From NCBI GenBank assembly GCA_965198115.1, contig OZ240241.1:4192001-4256000 (forward strand): 64,000 nucleotides of DNA, read 5' to 3'. The stretch's first letter is position 1; each line of letters opens with the position of its first letter. This DNA comes from Candidatus Latescibacterota bacterium (GTDB taxonomy: Bacteria > Latescibacterota > UBA2968). This document shows positions 38,790 through 48,302 of the stretch, in pieces. Position numbers and translations under genes: made by a program. The notes under the pieces were generated by a model, which worked only from the letters and a program-made list of their open reading frames with translations, had not been told where the DNA came from and did not search any database.

Positions 38790-40019
38790 TTAAGCCAGCA
38801 CATCCGTAGCAACGCGCAATATGTTCCCGCCAATGATCTTCCGAATGTCCTCGTCCGAATACCCACGCTGAACGAGCCCGACGGTGATCAATGGCCAGTT
38901 CGTCCAAGCGAGACTCTGTACCTGATGATCCTGTTTGAACTCCGGCCATCGCATCGGATCGTTTTCAGGCCACAATGCTTCCCACCGCGCCCGAAGCGCT
39001 CGTGATTTCGGCACCTTGCGATTCTCCTCTTCGGTATAGATCGATGTGTAGGAGCGATCCGTCCCGATCGTCACGTAATCCGTCCCGTAGGTCTTCGCAA
39101 CGAAGTCGATATGGTCGAGCATCGCGCTGATGTCTCCCTTTCCGCCGAGGAACCCCGGAATATTCGTAATTCCCATCGTTCCGCCCGTTCCGATGATCGC
39201 GCGAATCACGTCGTCGTCCTTACAGCGAATGTGGGCGTTCAGCGCGTGGGCGCACGAATGGCTCACGACCATCGGGCGTTCGGTGACGGTCGTAGCATCC
39301 AGACTCGTCTGTCGCCCTGTATGTGCGACGTCCACGATGACACCCACGCGATTCATCTCATCGATCACGGCGCGGCCGAAGTCGCTCAGACCCGCATCAG
39401 CCGGCTCGGCGCATCCGTCACCCATCGGATTGCGGCGATTGTAGGTCAGATGCATCATCCGCACGCCCAGTTGGAAGAAGACGCGGATGAATCGCATTTC
39501 CTCTTCGACGGTTCGCTGATCCCGCGCGAGAGGTATGCCATTGCCCGTCATATAGCGGCAATGCTTGCCCTCCGCTTTGGCCGCCTCGATGTCTTCCGGA
39601 CGTGTGGCGCGCCGCATCAAGTCCGGCATCATATCCGTGACATAGGTGTGGCGCGCCAGCCGCTGGATGAGCACACTCGGATCGTTCCCCTCCTCGCCCG
39701 CGTTCTGAAACGTGCACGTCACGCCCGCGGAGGCCCAAGCTTCGGCGAACTCTTTGCTCAGCTTCGGAACCGTCGCCCATCGAGTCATCCGATGGTCCTC
39801 CGTCAGGTCCTGCAGCTCGACTTCGGTGGCGCCATCCTCGACGGCCTTCGCGACCACATCACCGTCGATCGGCGCCGACAGACCCAGCCCATAAGATTCC
39901 ACGACGACCGAGTCCTTATGAAGCTCCATCCCGTGATCCAGGTCTTTCTGACTCGGCTGAAGGATCCCGAGCCCGATTTCCCGTGCTTTTTTGATTTGGT
40001 CATTCTTTGCAGAGATCAA
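38790..40019 (-). CDS. Membrane dipeptidase (M19) family amidohydrolase
   Basis: GVRMMHLTYN, GLSDFG..VI.EMNRVG..VDVAH, SHS, IGTD, IIGGN.LRV. Confidence 0.88.
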   Translation of the reverse strand: MISAKNDQIKKAREIGLGILQPSQKDLDHGMELHKDSVVVESYGLGLSAPIDGDVVAKAVEDGATEVELQDLTEDHRMTRWATVPKLSKEFAEAWASAGVTCTFQNAGEEGNDPSVLIQRLARHTYVTDMMPDLMRRATRPEDIEAAKAEGKHCRYMTGNGIPLARDQRTVEEEMRFIRVFFQLGVRMMHLTYNRRNPMGDGCAEPADAGLSDFGRAVIDEMNRVGVIVDVAHTGRQTSLDATTVTERPMVVSHSCAHALNAHIRCKDDDVIRAIIGTGGTMGITNIPGFLGGKGDISAMLDHIDFVAKTYGTDYVTIGTDRSYTSIYTEEENRKVPKSRALRARWEALWPENDPMRWPEFKQDHQVQSLAWTNWPLITVGLVQRGYSDEDIRKIIGGNILRVATDVLA

Positions 40020-40091
40020 CTTTTATCAATGGTCAATGCGTCCATCGCTGTCGAAACGTTGTGGGCGCAAACATCGGACGAGCACGTCGTG

Positions 40092-40154
40092 CTTCGACTC
40101 CGCTCAGCATTACGTATCATCCACGACATGGTCACACTGAGCGCAGTCGAAGTG
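40092..40154. repeat. Inverted pair of a dispersed repeat (CTTCGACTCCGCTCAG), with another copy at 32800-32823
   Basis: 40092-40107 is a direct copy; 40131-40154 is a near-perfect reverse complement of 32800-32823. Confidence 0.65.
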
Positions 40155-40226
40155 CGGCCAGATCGCGCCTACGCCCACGTGTGCGGGCAAAGCCGTCGTA
40201 ATCGTCCACTGTCTCCCGTCAACCGT

Positions 40227-41138
40227 CTACTCCACAATCCTTCCGTAATGTTCCACCCGCCGATTCTTCTCGAAGTTAAACGTCGTCTCCTTGTAGACCT
40301 GCGCCTGGTCCAGATCGCAACTGGCGACGATGAGTTCGTCCTCGAGCGTCGTGCACATCGCGACGACTTCACCAGACGGAGCAATGATGCAGGACTGACC
40401 GATCTGGCTCACCCCTTCTTCTACCCCGGCCTTGGCAACGCCGACAACCCACGTCGCATTCTGGTAGGCCCCAGACTGCATACAGAGCAAGTTGTGAAAA
40501 TTGGCGAGGTGGTTGCTCCCTGGACTGGCTGGGTTGTTGTCAGGCGTGTTGTATCCTAGAAGAATCATCTCCGCACCTTGAAGACCGAGCGTCCGGTAAG
40601 ACTCCGGCCAACGGCGATCGTAGCAGATGCACATTCCGATCGTTCCACCGAACGCGTCCCACACTCGGAATCCCAGGTTGCCCACGTCGAAGTAGAACTT
40701 CTCCAGATTCTGATACACGTGGCCGGGCTGGTAGGCATCGTATCCCGGCAGGTGGATTTTCCGATACTTGCCGATGATCTGCCCGTCTTTCCCCACGAGA
40801 ATCGACGTGTTGTAGTACCGCGTCTGCCCGTCTTCCACGGCCAACTCCGCATAGCCCAGACAGAACCCGACGTCCAACCGTGCCGCCTCATCGAACAGCG
40901 GCTGCGTCTCAGGACCCGGCATCTCTCGCTCGAAGTAGCCATCGATCTCCCCCTGATCCTCCATATACCAATGAGGGAAAAACGCGGTCAACGCCACTTC
41001 GGTGAAGACAACCAGATCGCAGCCCCGCCCGTGAGCTTCACGGAGAAGGTCGAGCAACCGTTTCACGACATCCTCGCGGCTCTCCGATCTAGAGACCGGC
41101 CCAAACTGTGCTGCCCCAACGATGATATTTCGTGCCAT
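40227..41138 (-). CDS. N-carbamoyl-D-amino-acid amidohydrolase (nitrilase superfamily)
   Basis: VFTEVALT.FFP, YRKIHLPG, NLEK.YF, CICYDRRWPE, GYNTP, QSGAYQN.TWVV.VAKAG.EEG. Confidence 0.9.
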   Translation of the reverse strand: MARNIIVGAAQFGPVSRSESREDVVKRLLDLLREAHGRGCDLVVFTEVALTAFFPHWYMEDQGEIDGYFEREMPGPETQPLFDEAARLDVGFCLGYAELAVEDGQTRYYNTSILVGKDGQIIGKYRKIHLPGYDAYQPGHVYQNLEKFYFDVGNLGFRVWDAFGGTIGMCICYDRRWPESYRTLGLQGAEMILLGYNTPDNNPASPGSNHLANFHNLLCMQSGAYQNATWVVGVAKAGVEEGVSQIGQSCIIAPSGEVVAMCTTLEDELIVASCDLDQAQVYKETTFNFEKNRRVEHYGRIVE

Positions 41139-41213
41139 CAGACCGCCTTTAGTGCTCATCTACCCAGCGGGAGCCATCGTTCGAAGGTCGCAACCTCGCC
41201 CTGCCGCCACTCA

Positions 41214-42806
41214 TCACGACAGAAAGCGGCGGAACACGTTACCGGTGATCTTTGGCAGGGTGTCATCGATGACAAGCGAGCTGCCATAGGAAATCGATCC
41301 GACGGAAAACACTTCACCGCCGCTGTCCGTCCTGTGGTAGACAATCTCCGCGCCGCCGTCGTCCGGGTTGAGACCCTTCGCCAGCAGCTGGGCGTTCGCG
41401 GGCGAACTCGGGGACATCTTATCGGTCTCGTGTCCCGACGCGCCGCCGGGACATCGCATATGCAGGTATTTCTCCCCAAAGAGGTCTCCCTCTCGGAGGC
41501 CGGTCCCTTCGAACGCCCAGTGCGTCGAGTCGATCACACGGTAGGGGGCGCCTGTCATAATGCCGGTCTCCGTGCACGACACGCCGAGTAAATTCGCTTC
41601 CGACTCGTGATAAAGATGAAGACGACTCTCTTTCCCCACGGCTTTGAGGATGCCGGCCGAGCCCCCGTATCGGCCGTTTCGAACTTTCATCGTATACTCG
41701 TCTTCGAACTCGACCTCACAGTTGAGGCCGTTGCCCCCAATGTAGGCCAGCTTCCCTCCACGTTCGAACACCCAGTCCTTCAAGCCATAGTACATCTCCT
41801 TCGACCAGTACTCCGGATGGGAGTTGAGGACGAGCACTTTATAAGCGTCGAGGTCGAGTACGCCGCTGTGCAGCTGGGTCTCGGCATATAGGTCGTACTC
41901 GAATCCCTCGCGCTCCAGCCATCCCAGCAGTCGCCATTCCGCGGGTGCAACGTGACAATTGGAGCGGCCCTCGATTGGATCGGTGATGCGCTCATCCTGT
42001 GCCACGTGGTTGATCGGCTCCGGCCGATCGAATGAAAGAGGCTGGTAGTCCTCGAAGGTGAATCCCGCGTAGGTCGGGTTCGTGTAGCGGTCGAGCTCGA
42101 TTCGGGCGTTCACCGTAGGTCGACAAGGCATGCTTTCCGGATGGATGTAGTTGCTGCGACCGCCGAAATTGTTGTAGGCGTTCCAGTTGATGTTGGAGGC
42201 CAGCACCGCGATGTCGGCGGAGGGCTCGGCCGGTGCGACGATCCAGGGAAACGAGAAGAAGTCGCTCGACGCCCCCATGGCGTGAAGGTAGTAGAGGCCC
42301 GATCGATCGGGCGCCTCGAGGAATTGCTTGTGCGCCTCCCGCGTGTAGCCCGTCTCGTTCCATCGCACGCCGGTCTGCGTGTAATCACCGTCCGGCGTGA
42401 TCTGCACGGTCGCCCGGGGGCCGTGCTCGTCATACCAGCCGATCGGCGTTACAAGCTCCTTCTCCCATCCGTACCGCCACAGCTCCAGCTTATAGGACTC
42501 GGCCGAGTGAACCCGAAACTCGGATCGCTCGCCGCTCCGCACCCACTTGGGCCACATATACGCGAGCAGCTGGTCGCGCATCAATCTGAACTGATGCGGC
42601 GCGTCGTCGGGCAGCGTCAGCGTGACACGTTTCGACCCGTAGCCCGGATGGCCGAGCGTAACCTCGTAGGTCCCGGCATCCAGTTCCCCGTGGACGGCGC
42701 CCGTCGCCCTCGACCTGGTCTCCCACGAGTCCTCCCCCCGCCTGAATTCCAGCAGCGCGTCGGGTAGCGCCACGTAGCGTTCGTCGCTCACGTATCCCAG
42801 CAGCAT
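41214..42806 (-). CDS. N,N-dimethylformamidase large-subunit-like protein with an N-terminal beta-sandwich
   Basis: SGLYY...FPWIV, WNAYNNFGG, LSFDRP, LLGWLEREG, SHPEYWS, LAYIGGN, SGHETD, VFSVGSI. Confidence 0.8.
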   Translation of the reverse strand: MLLGYVSDERYVALPDALLEFRRGEDSWETRSRATGAVHGELDAGTYEVTLGHPGYGSKRVTLTLPDDAPHQFRLMRDQLLAYMWPKWVRSGERSEFRVHSAESYKLELWRYGWEKELVTPIGWYDEHGPRATVQITPDGDYTQTGVRWNETGYTREAHKQFLEAPDRSGLYYLHAMGASSDFFSFPWIVAPAEPSADIAVLASNINWNAYNNFGGRSNYIHPESMPCRPTVNARIELDRYTNPTYAGFTFEDYQPLSFDRPEPINHVAQDERITDPIEGRSNCHVAPAEWRLLGWLEREGFEYDLYAETQLHSGVLDLDAYKVLVLNSHPEYWSKEMYYGLKDWVFERGGKLAYIGGNGLNCEVEFEDEYTMKVRNGRYGGSAGILKAVGKESRLHLYHESEANLLGVSCTETGIMTGAPYRVIDSTHWAFEGTGLREGDLFGEKYLHMRCPGGASGHETDKMSPSSPANAQLLAKGLNPDDGGAEIVYHRTDSGGEVFSVGSISYGSSLVIDDTLPKITGNVFRRFLS

Positions 42807-42825
42807 TGTCTTCTTTCTGTCCCCC

Positions 42826-44541
42826 TCACTGGCTACGTTCGGCTCGAAGTTTCGTCGTGGCCTCCGCGTCCACCTCTCCCCCGTTCAACACGACACCGTA
42901 GTGCTCGCGTGCCGCTTCGACGGACACCTTGTCGTTCTGAACATCGCGAGCAACCGCTTGCGGGTTCCGCTCGAAGGGATCGCCCCATCCCCCACCACCG
43001 GGCTGCCGATGATACAGCTGCTGACCCTCCGTCATCGTGGTCGAGATCATCGTGGGCAACACCTGCTCGCCGTCGTCGCCTTTCAGGAGGTTGATCGACC
43101 CCGTAGCGGCACCGCCCCCGGCCAATCCGTAGGGAAGGTGGTCTCGACGATCCGAGCGAATCGCAAGGTGAGCCGCGCCCTTCAACAGACACCACTCTCG
43201 CTCGATCGCCAGACCGCCGCGATTCTTGCCCACGCCCCCCGAGTTTTGGACGAGACCGTAGCGTTCGATTCGGATCGGGTATTCACACTCGGCTTCTTCG
43301 ATCGGGATATTGGCCGCCACGTTGGCAGGATTGCTCAGCCCGTCATTTCCGTCACGTGTGGGGTGAGCACCCCACGTTCCCGTCAGCAATTCGAAGAAGA
43401 CATAGGGTCGCCTGTCATCGTGCTCGCCTCCGACGACGACCAGGGTATTGCCTCCCTCGCCGGCAGCCGGAACGCGATCGGGTAGCAGCCCAGCCAGGGC
43501 CCCGAGGACCGAGTCGACCATTCGGAAGGCCGTGACGCCTCGCATCGATGACGCCGCCGGCATCACCCCGTTGGCCACGGTCCCGGGCGGAGCGATCACC
43601 TCGATCGGCTTGAACATGCCTGCCGTGTTCGGAATACTCTCCTTCATCATACAGCGAACACACATCACGACCGTCGACACTGTGAACGAGAGGGTGTTGT
43701 TGATCGCGCCCTGAACCTGCGGGGACGTTCCAGTGAAGTCTACCGTCAGGCCGTCCCCTTCGACGCTCACGTTCACCTGCAGCTTCACGCGTGGACCCCC
43801 GACTCCATCGCTGTCCATAAAGTCGGTGAACGCGTGATTGCCATCGGGCCAGGAGGCGATCTCGGCCCTTAGAAGCCGCTCGGTGTAGTCGATCAGATCC
43901 GTGCAACACGCCGCGAACCTCTCCGGTCCGTACCGATCGATCAGATCGTGGACCGCGCGCTCGCCGATGTGGCAGGCCGCCACCTGAGCTCGCAGATCGC
44001 CGAGGGTCATCCTCGGAACGCGGACATTCACGCGCAGCAGCTCGAACAGCGACGCATCCGGCTCTCCCGCACGATACAGTTTGAGCCACGGAATGCGCAG
44101 TCCCTCCTGGAAAATCTCCGTGTTGTCGCACGCCGAGCTGCCCGGCAGACGCCCGCCTAGATCGAGGTGATGAGCGGTACTCACCGCGAAGGCCACGCGC
44201 CGCTGTTCCCAGAACACGGGCTTGACGATGAAGATGTCGGGAATGTGCATACCGCCGTCGAACGGATCGTTGAGGATGAACACATCCCCCGGCTCCATAT
44301 CATCGCCGAATTTCGCAAAAAGCGCCTCCATCGCAAAAGGCACCGCCCCCAGGTGGAGGGGAATCGTCACGCCCTGCGCAATCATCTCGCCCTCGGCATC
44401 ACACAAGGACGTGGAATAGTCGAGACAGTCACGCACAATCGTGGAATATGCCGTGCGATAAAGTGCCATCGACATCTCGTCGGCTGCAGCCGCGAGCCCA
44501 TTCTTCACGATCTCTCGTGTAATCGGATCGACTTCAGTCAC
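42826..44541 (-). CDS. Hydantoinase B / 5-oxoprolinase family subunit
   Basis: RTAYSTIVRD..DYS, NDPFDGGMH.PD, HH.DLGG..PGS, QEGL.IP, GGGGWGDP. Confidence 0.93.
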   Translation of the reverse strand: MTEVDPITREIVKNGLAAAADEMSMALYRTAYSTIVRDCLDYSTSLCDAEGEMIAQGVTIPLHLGAVPFAMEALFAKFGDDMEPGDVFILNDPFDGGMHIPDIFIVKPVFWEQRRVAFAVSTAHHLDLGGRLPGSSACDNTEIFQEGLRIPWLKLYRAGEPDASLFELLRVNVRVPRMTLGDLRAQVAACHIGERAVHDLIDRYGPERFAACCTDLIDYTERLLRAEIASWPDGNHAFTDFMDSDGVGGPRVKLQVNVSVEGDGLTVDFTGTSPQVQGAINNTLSFTVSTVVMCVRCMMKESIPNTAGMFKPIEVIAPPGTVANGVMPAASSMRGVTAFRMVDSVLGALAGLLPDRVPAAGEGGNTLVVVGGEHDDRRPYVFFELLTGTWGAHPTRDGNDGLSNPANVAANIPIEEAECEYPIRIERYGLVQNSGGVGKNRGGLAIEREWCLLKGAAHLAIRSDRRDHLPYGLAGGGAATGSINLLKGDDGEQVLPTMISTTMTEGQQLYHRQPGGGGWGDPFERNPQAVARDVQNDKVSVEAAREHYGVVLNGGEVDAEATTKLRAERSQ

Positions 44542-46633
44542 GGTTCCACTCCATCACAAGGTTGTTGTGTTCGTCGACGTGCGCCCGCACATCGGGAGGC
44601 ACGACAATCGTCGAATCATACTCGTCGATCAACAGCGGGCCTTCGACGAATCCGTCGATCTCGCTACAACGCACGACGGAGGCGACTTTCCTCGCGCCCT
44701 CGAAGTATGTTTCGCGGCTCGTCTCACGCTCGCCGGCCAGTTCGGCCGCCTCGAGGTTCGTCCCGATCCCTTTTACACCCGCTCTCCCCACGAGGCGTAC
44801 GGCCACGACTTCGATCGGATTGTCCGGATCCGAACGGTGGCCGTAGAGCCGCTCGTGTTCGTCTTCGAACGCCACACACAAATCCGTCACAGCTTCAGGC
44901 ATCGAATCCGACGTCAGGGGAACCCTGATTCGGGACGTCTGGCCCTGGAACCGGACATCCACGGCGAAGGAGAATTCCACGAGCGACGCTTTGTAGCCTT
45001 CGGTGTCGAATCGGGCGGTCATTTCGTGCCGAAGATCATCGCACACACGACCGAGTGTCCGCGCATTCAGACCGTCGCCCACGAGCTGGCACGAGCGCAC
45101 GTCGTGATGCTCGACGCCCGAAACTAGCAAGCCCAGTGCGCTGAACAACCCGGGCAAAGGCGGCACGAGGATTCGTCTTGCGTGCAACTCCCGCGCCAAC
45201 CCAGCCGCGTGAACCGGCCCCGATCCCCCGAAGGCGATCAGCACAGAATCGCGTGGGTCTCGACCCCGCTCGCTCGACACCTGCCGCAGTGCACGCATCG
45301 TCTGCGCATTGGCGATACGGTGAACACCCTCGGCCGCCTGGTGGACATCCATTTCGAGCGGGACGGCAATTCGATCGTGAATCGCGCGCTCCGCCTCCGA
45401 CGGATCGATGCTCACACCACCGTCCGCGAGTGTCCCGGGACGAATGTAGCCCAGCACGACGTTCGCATCCGTCAGGGTCGGCTCGGTGCCCCCGCGCCCG
45501 TAGCACGCCGGCCCCGGCTCCGCACCAGCGCTGAGCGGCCCGACGCGGAGCCCCCCAGCGGTGTCGAGCCAGGCAATGCTGCCTCCGCCGGCCCCTACTT
45601 CGGCAATATCGATGCTCGGCGCACGGATGACGTCCCCACCCCCACCCACGATGCGATTGCCCGCCGACAGAGACGCCCCGACTTCGTACTCCGAACTGTA
45701 GGCGATCGCACCGGCTTCGATCATCGACGCCTTGGCCGTCGTGCCACCCATATCGAGTGTGATCGCATTCTCGATACCCGCGCGATCGGCCGTGTGTGCG
45801 GCAGCCAGAACGCCGGCAGCCGGCCCCGATTCCAGCGCGAATACCGGCCGTGCGGCCGCATCCTCTTCCGGTGTCAACCCCCCCGCTGACTGCATAATGT
45901 GCAACGGGGCGTCGATCCCCCGGCCGGCCAATCCCTCCCGAAGCGCGCCGAGATAGCGCTTCATTAACGGCTGTACGTAGGCATTAATGACCGTCGTCGC
46001 TGTGCGCTCGTATTCTCGTCGCTCGGGTAAGACCTCGTGCGAAAGGGAAACGGGTATGTCGCCCAGGCGACTTCTCAGAAAAACTCCTGCCTTCTGCTCG
46101 TGCTCGGGACAGGCATAGGCGTGTAAAAAGCAAACCGCCACCGACTCGACTTTTTCTCCTTCCAGGCGATCGACCAACTCGCTCAGAGCGTCCTCGTCGA
46201 GCGGCACGAGCACTTCGCCTTCGGCCGACACGCGCTCTGTTGCCTCCAACCTCAAGTGGCGTTCGATCAGCGTAGGTGGCTTCTCGAAGCTCAGATCGTA
46301 TAGCTGAGGTGCCTTGAGACGCCGCAGTTCCAGGACGTCGCGGAATCCACGTGTCGTGATCAGCGCGGTACGCGCACCTCGTTGTTCCAGGACCGCATTC
46401 GTGGCAACCGTCGTTCCGTGGGCGACTTCCCGCACGCGTGCACCAGCCAACCCCGACACGTCGAGCAGATGCTGCGCCGCGAGGAGTACGGCCCGATCGA
46501 AGTCGGGAGGCGTGGAGGGAACCTTGTGGGTCCACAGTCGGCCCTGGTCGTCGATCAGGACGACGTCCGTGAAGGTCCCTCCCACGTCGGCACCGATACG
46601 TGCGGCAGCGGCTGTTTTCTCGGTCGAAATCAT
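44534..46633 (-). CDS. Hydantoinase A / 5-oxoprolinase family subunit (ATP-binding)
   Basis: DVGGTFTD, HGTTVATN, REYER, SGPAAG, DMGGTT, GAGGGSIA, GPACYG.GG. Confidence 0.94.
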   Translation of the reverse strand: MISTEKTAAAARIGADVGGTFTDVVLIDDQGRLWTHKVPSTPPDFDRAVLLAAQHLLDVSGLAGARVREVAHGTTVATNAVLEQRGARTALITTRGFRDVLELRRLKAPQLYDLSFEKPPTLIERHLRLEATERVSAEGEVLVPLDEDALSELVDRLEGEKVESVAVCFLHAYACPEHEQKAGVFLRSRLGDIPVSLSHEVLPERREYERTATTVINAYVQPLMKRYLGALREGLAGRGIDAPLHIMQSAGGLTPEEDAAARPVFALESGPAAGVLAAAHTADRAGIENAITLDMGGTTAKASMIEAGAIAYSSEYEVGASLSAGNRIVGGGGDVIRAPSIDIAEVGAGGGSIAWLDTAGGLRVGPLSAGAEPGPACYGRGGTEPTLTDANVVLGYIRPGTLADGGVSIDPSEAERAIHDRIAVPLEMDVHQAAEGVHRIANAQTMRALRQVSSERGRDPRDSVLIAFGGSGPVHAAGLARELHARRILVPPLPGLFSALGLLVSGVEHHDVRSCQLVGDGLNARTLGRVCDDLRHEMTARFDTEGYKASLVEFSFAVDVRFQGQTSRIRVPLTSDSMPEAVTDLCVAFEDEHERLYGHRSDPDNPIEVVAVRLVGRAGVKGIGTNLEAAELAGERETSRETYFEGARKVASVVRCSEIDGFVEGPLLIDEYDSTIVVPPDVRAHVDEHNNLVMEWNRD

Positions 46634-46661
46634 CCGATTGGTTTTCCGATTCGTGACATCT

Positions 46662-48302
46662 CTACTCGGCGACCGAAAGCATCACGTGAGAGGATCGATC
46701 CGGGCTACAGTGGATCGTTTGCTGCGCCTCTACCAGCTCGGCATCGCTGCCCTGTTCGTGACCGGTGTTGGGGTTCCGATCCCACAGGGGAAAGTTGCTG
46801 CTCGTGACGTGAACGCGAATCCGATGTCCGGGCAGGAAGACGTTGCTCGTCGCCATCAGATCGATCTCGAACGCATAAACTTGACCGGGTTCCATCAACC
46901 GCTCGGGTTCCCAGATCGACTCGCGGAACCGCCCGCGCAGGATCCCCTCAGTCAGGTTGAAAGCCGTTCCATCGGGATAGACGTCGATCAGACGCACGAC
47001 CCAATCGGTGTCGCGTGCACTCGAGGCGGCATATATCGTCGCGGTCACCGGGCCCGTCACCTCGACCGGTTCGTCAACCGGCTCACTCGTGAACACCAGG
47101 ACGTCCGGTCTGTCTTCGTTCGGCCGCTGATCGACGGGCCCTGCCCGAATGACGCCCTCGATGAGCGGCGAGGAATGATTACCCCCTCGCGTCGGCACCG
47201 GGTCCTCAGGATTGTAGACGTATTCCAGCGTCGTATCGTCCTCTGGCGGATCAGGACTGAGCCCGCCATCGTGCGGCCCCGTTCCGACGTGCAGATAGTA
47301 GGGCACGGCGCTCGTCCGTGCGGGAGGCCACTGGTCCTCCAGACGCCACTCGTTCACACCCATCGTGAAGATCCGCACAGGTGGCTCCGCACCGATCCCG
47401 TCATCGTGCCCTTTCAGCACCGCGTCGAGCCACCGAATCGCCAGCGCGATCTGGTCCTGATCCGCATCCTCCCCGAAATCCCGGTCACCTACAACGGCGA
47501 ATCCGCTATGGGTCGTCGGAAAGATCGCGACACGAATCTCGTCCGTCGCTCCGACTTCCTTCATCCGATTGAAGTATGTGAGGGTGGCACCCGGGTAATT
47601 GTCGTACCAGCCGCTCATCATATACACCGGGATGCGAACCTCGCTGTAGTGGTCGCGTGTCCCGATGGCGCGCCAGAAGTCGTCGTACTCGGCGTGGTTG
47701 AGGTAATCCTGGTAGAGTCTGTTCGGGGGCGTGTCTGCAACCGTGTCCAAATCGCGAAGAGGGAGATGTTTATACCAATTCAACAGACCGAAGCGTTCGA
47801 CAAGCTCTTTGCCCTTCTCGTTGTAGTCGTAGATGCGACGAGCGGTGTGGGCCAGCTGCAGCGCCCCGTGGTCCCGATACTGCCGCTCCCACGGATCGGG
47901 GTTGATATTCTGCGGAACGATGGCTTTCAGGTTCGGGTGCTGCAGCGGCGCCACCAGCCATTGTGTCGCCCCATAGTAAGAGCTGCCATACATCGCCACA
48001 TCGCCGTTGCACCATTCCTGTTCGGCAGTCCAGGTAATGGCGTCGTAGCCGTCCTGCGCGTCGTCGAAGAACCGGTTGTCCATCGCGTGGGCGCCCTCCG
48101 ACCCGATATGGCCCCGGGTGGCCTGCCCAACGTAGACGTAGCCCGCGTCCACGAAGCGGTCCGAGACCCCTCCCCAGAAGTCTGTGTTGTAACCACGGAT
48201 CAGAACGACCGGACGAGGTGTATCGTCGGCGCGGGCGATCTTCGTGCGCAGTCGCACGCCGTCCGGCATCGCAACCATCACTTCTTCCTCGATGGCGTTC
48301 AA
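46662..48302 (-). CDS. CocE/NonD family serine hydrolase
   Basis: MPDGVRL, RG...SEG, DGYD.ITW...Q.WCNG.V.MYGSSY.G, GWYD, C-terminal jelly-roll (SSNFP..DRN.NTG). TTG start overlaps the upstream stop. Confidence 0.92.
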   Translation of the reverse strand: MNAIEEEVMVAMPDGVRLRTKIARADDTPRPVVLIRGYNTDFWGGVSDRFVDAGYVYVGQATRGHIGSEGAHAMDNRFFDDAQDGYDAITWTAEQEWCNGDVAMYGSSYYGATQWLVAPLQHPNLKAIVPQNINPDPWERQYRDHGALQLAHTARRIYDYNEKGKELVERFGLLNWYKHLPLRDLDTVADTPPNRLYQDYLNHAEYDDFWRAIGTRDHYSEVRIPVYMMSGWYDNYPGATLTYFNRMKEVGATDEIRVAIFPTTHSGFAVVGDRDFGEDADQDQIALAIRWLDAVLKGHDDGIGAEPPVRIFTMGVNEWRLEDQWPPARTSAVPYYLHVGTGPHDGGLSPDPPEDDTTLEYVYNPEDPVPTRGGNHSSPLIEGVIRAGPVDQRPNEDRPDVLVFTSEPVDEPVEVTGPVTATIYAASSARDTDWVVRLIDVYPDGTAFNLTEGILRGRFRESIWEPERLMEPGQVYAFEIDLMATSNVFLPGHRIRVHVTSSNFPLWDRNPNTGHEQGSDAELVEAQQTIHCSPDRSSHVMLSVAE

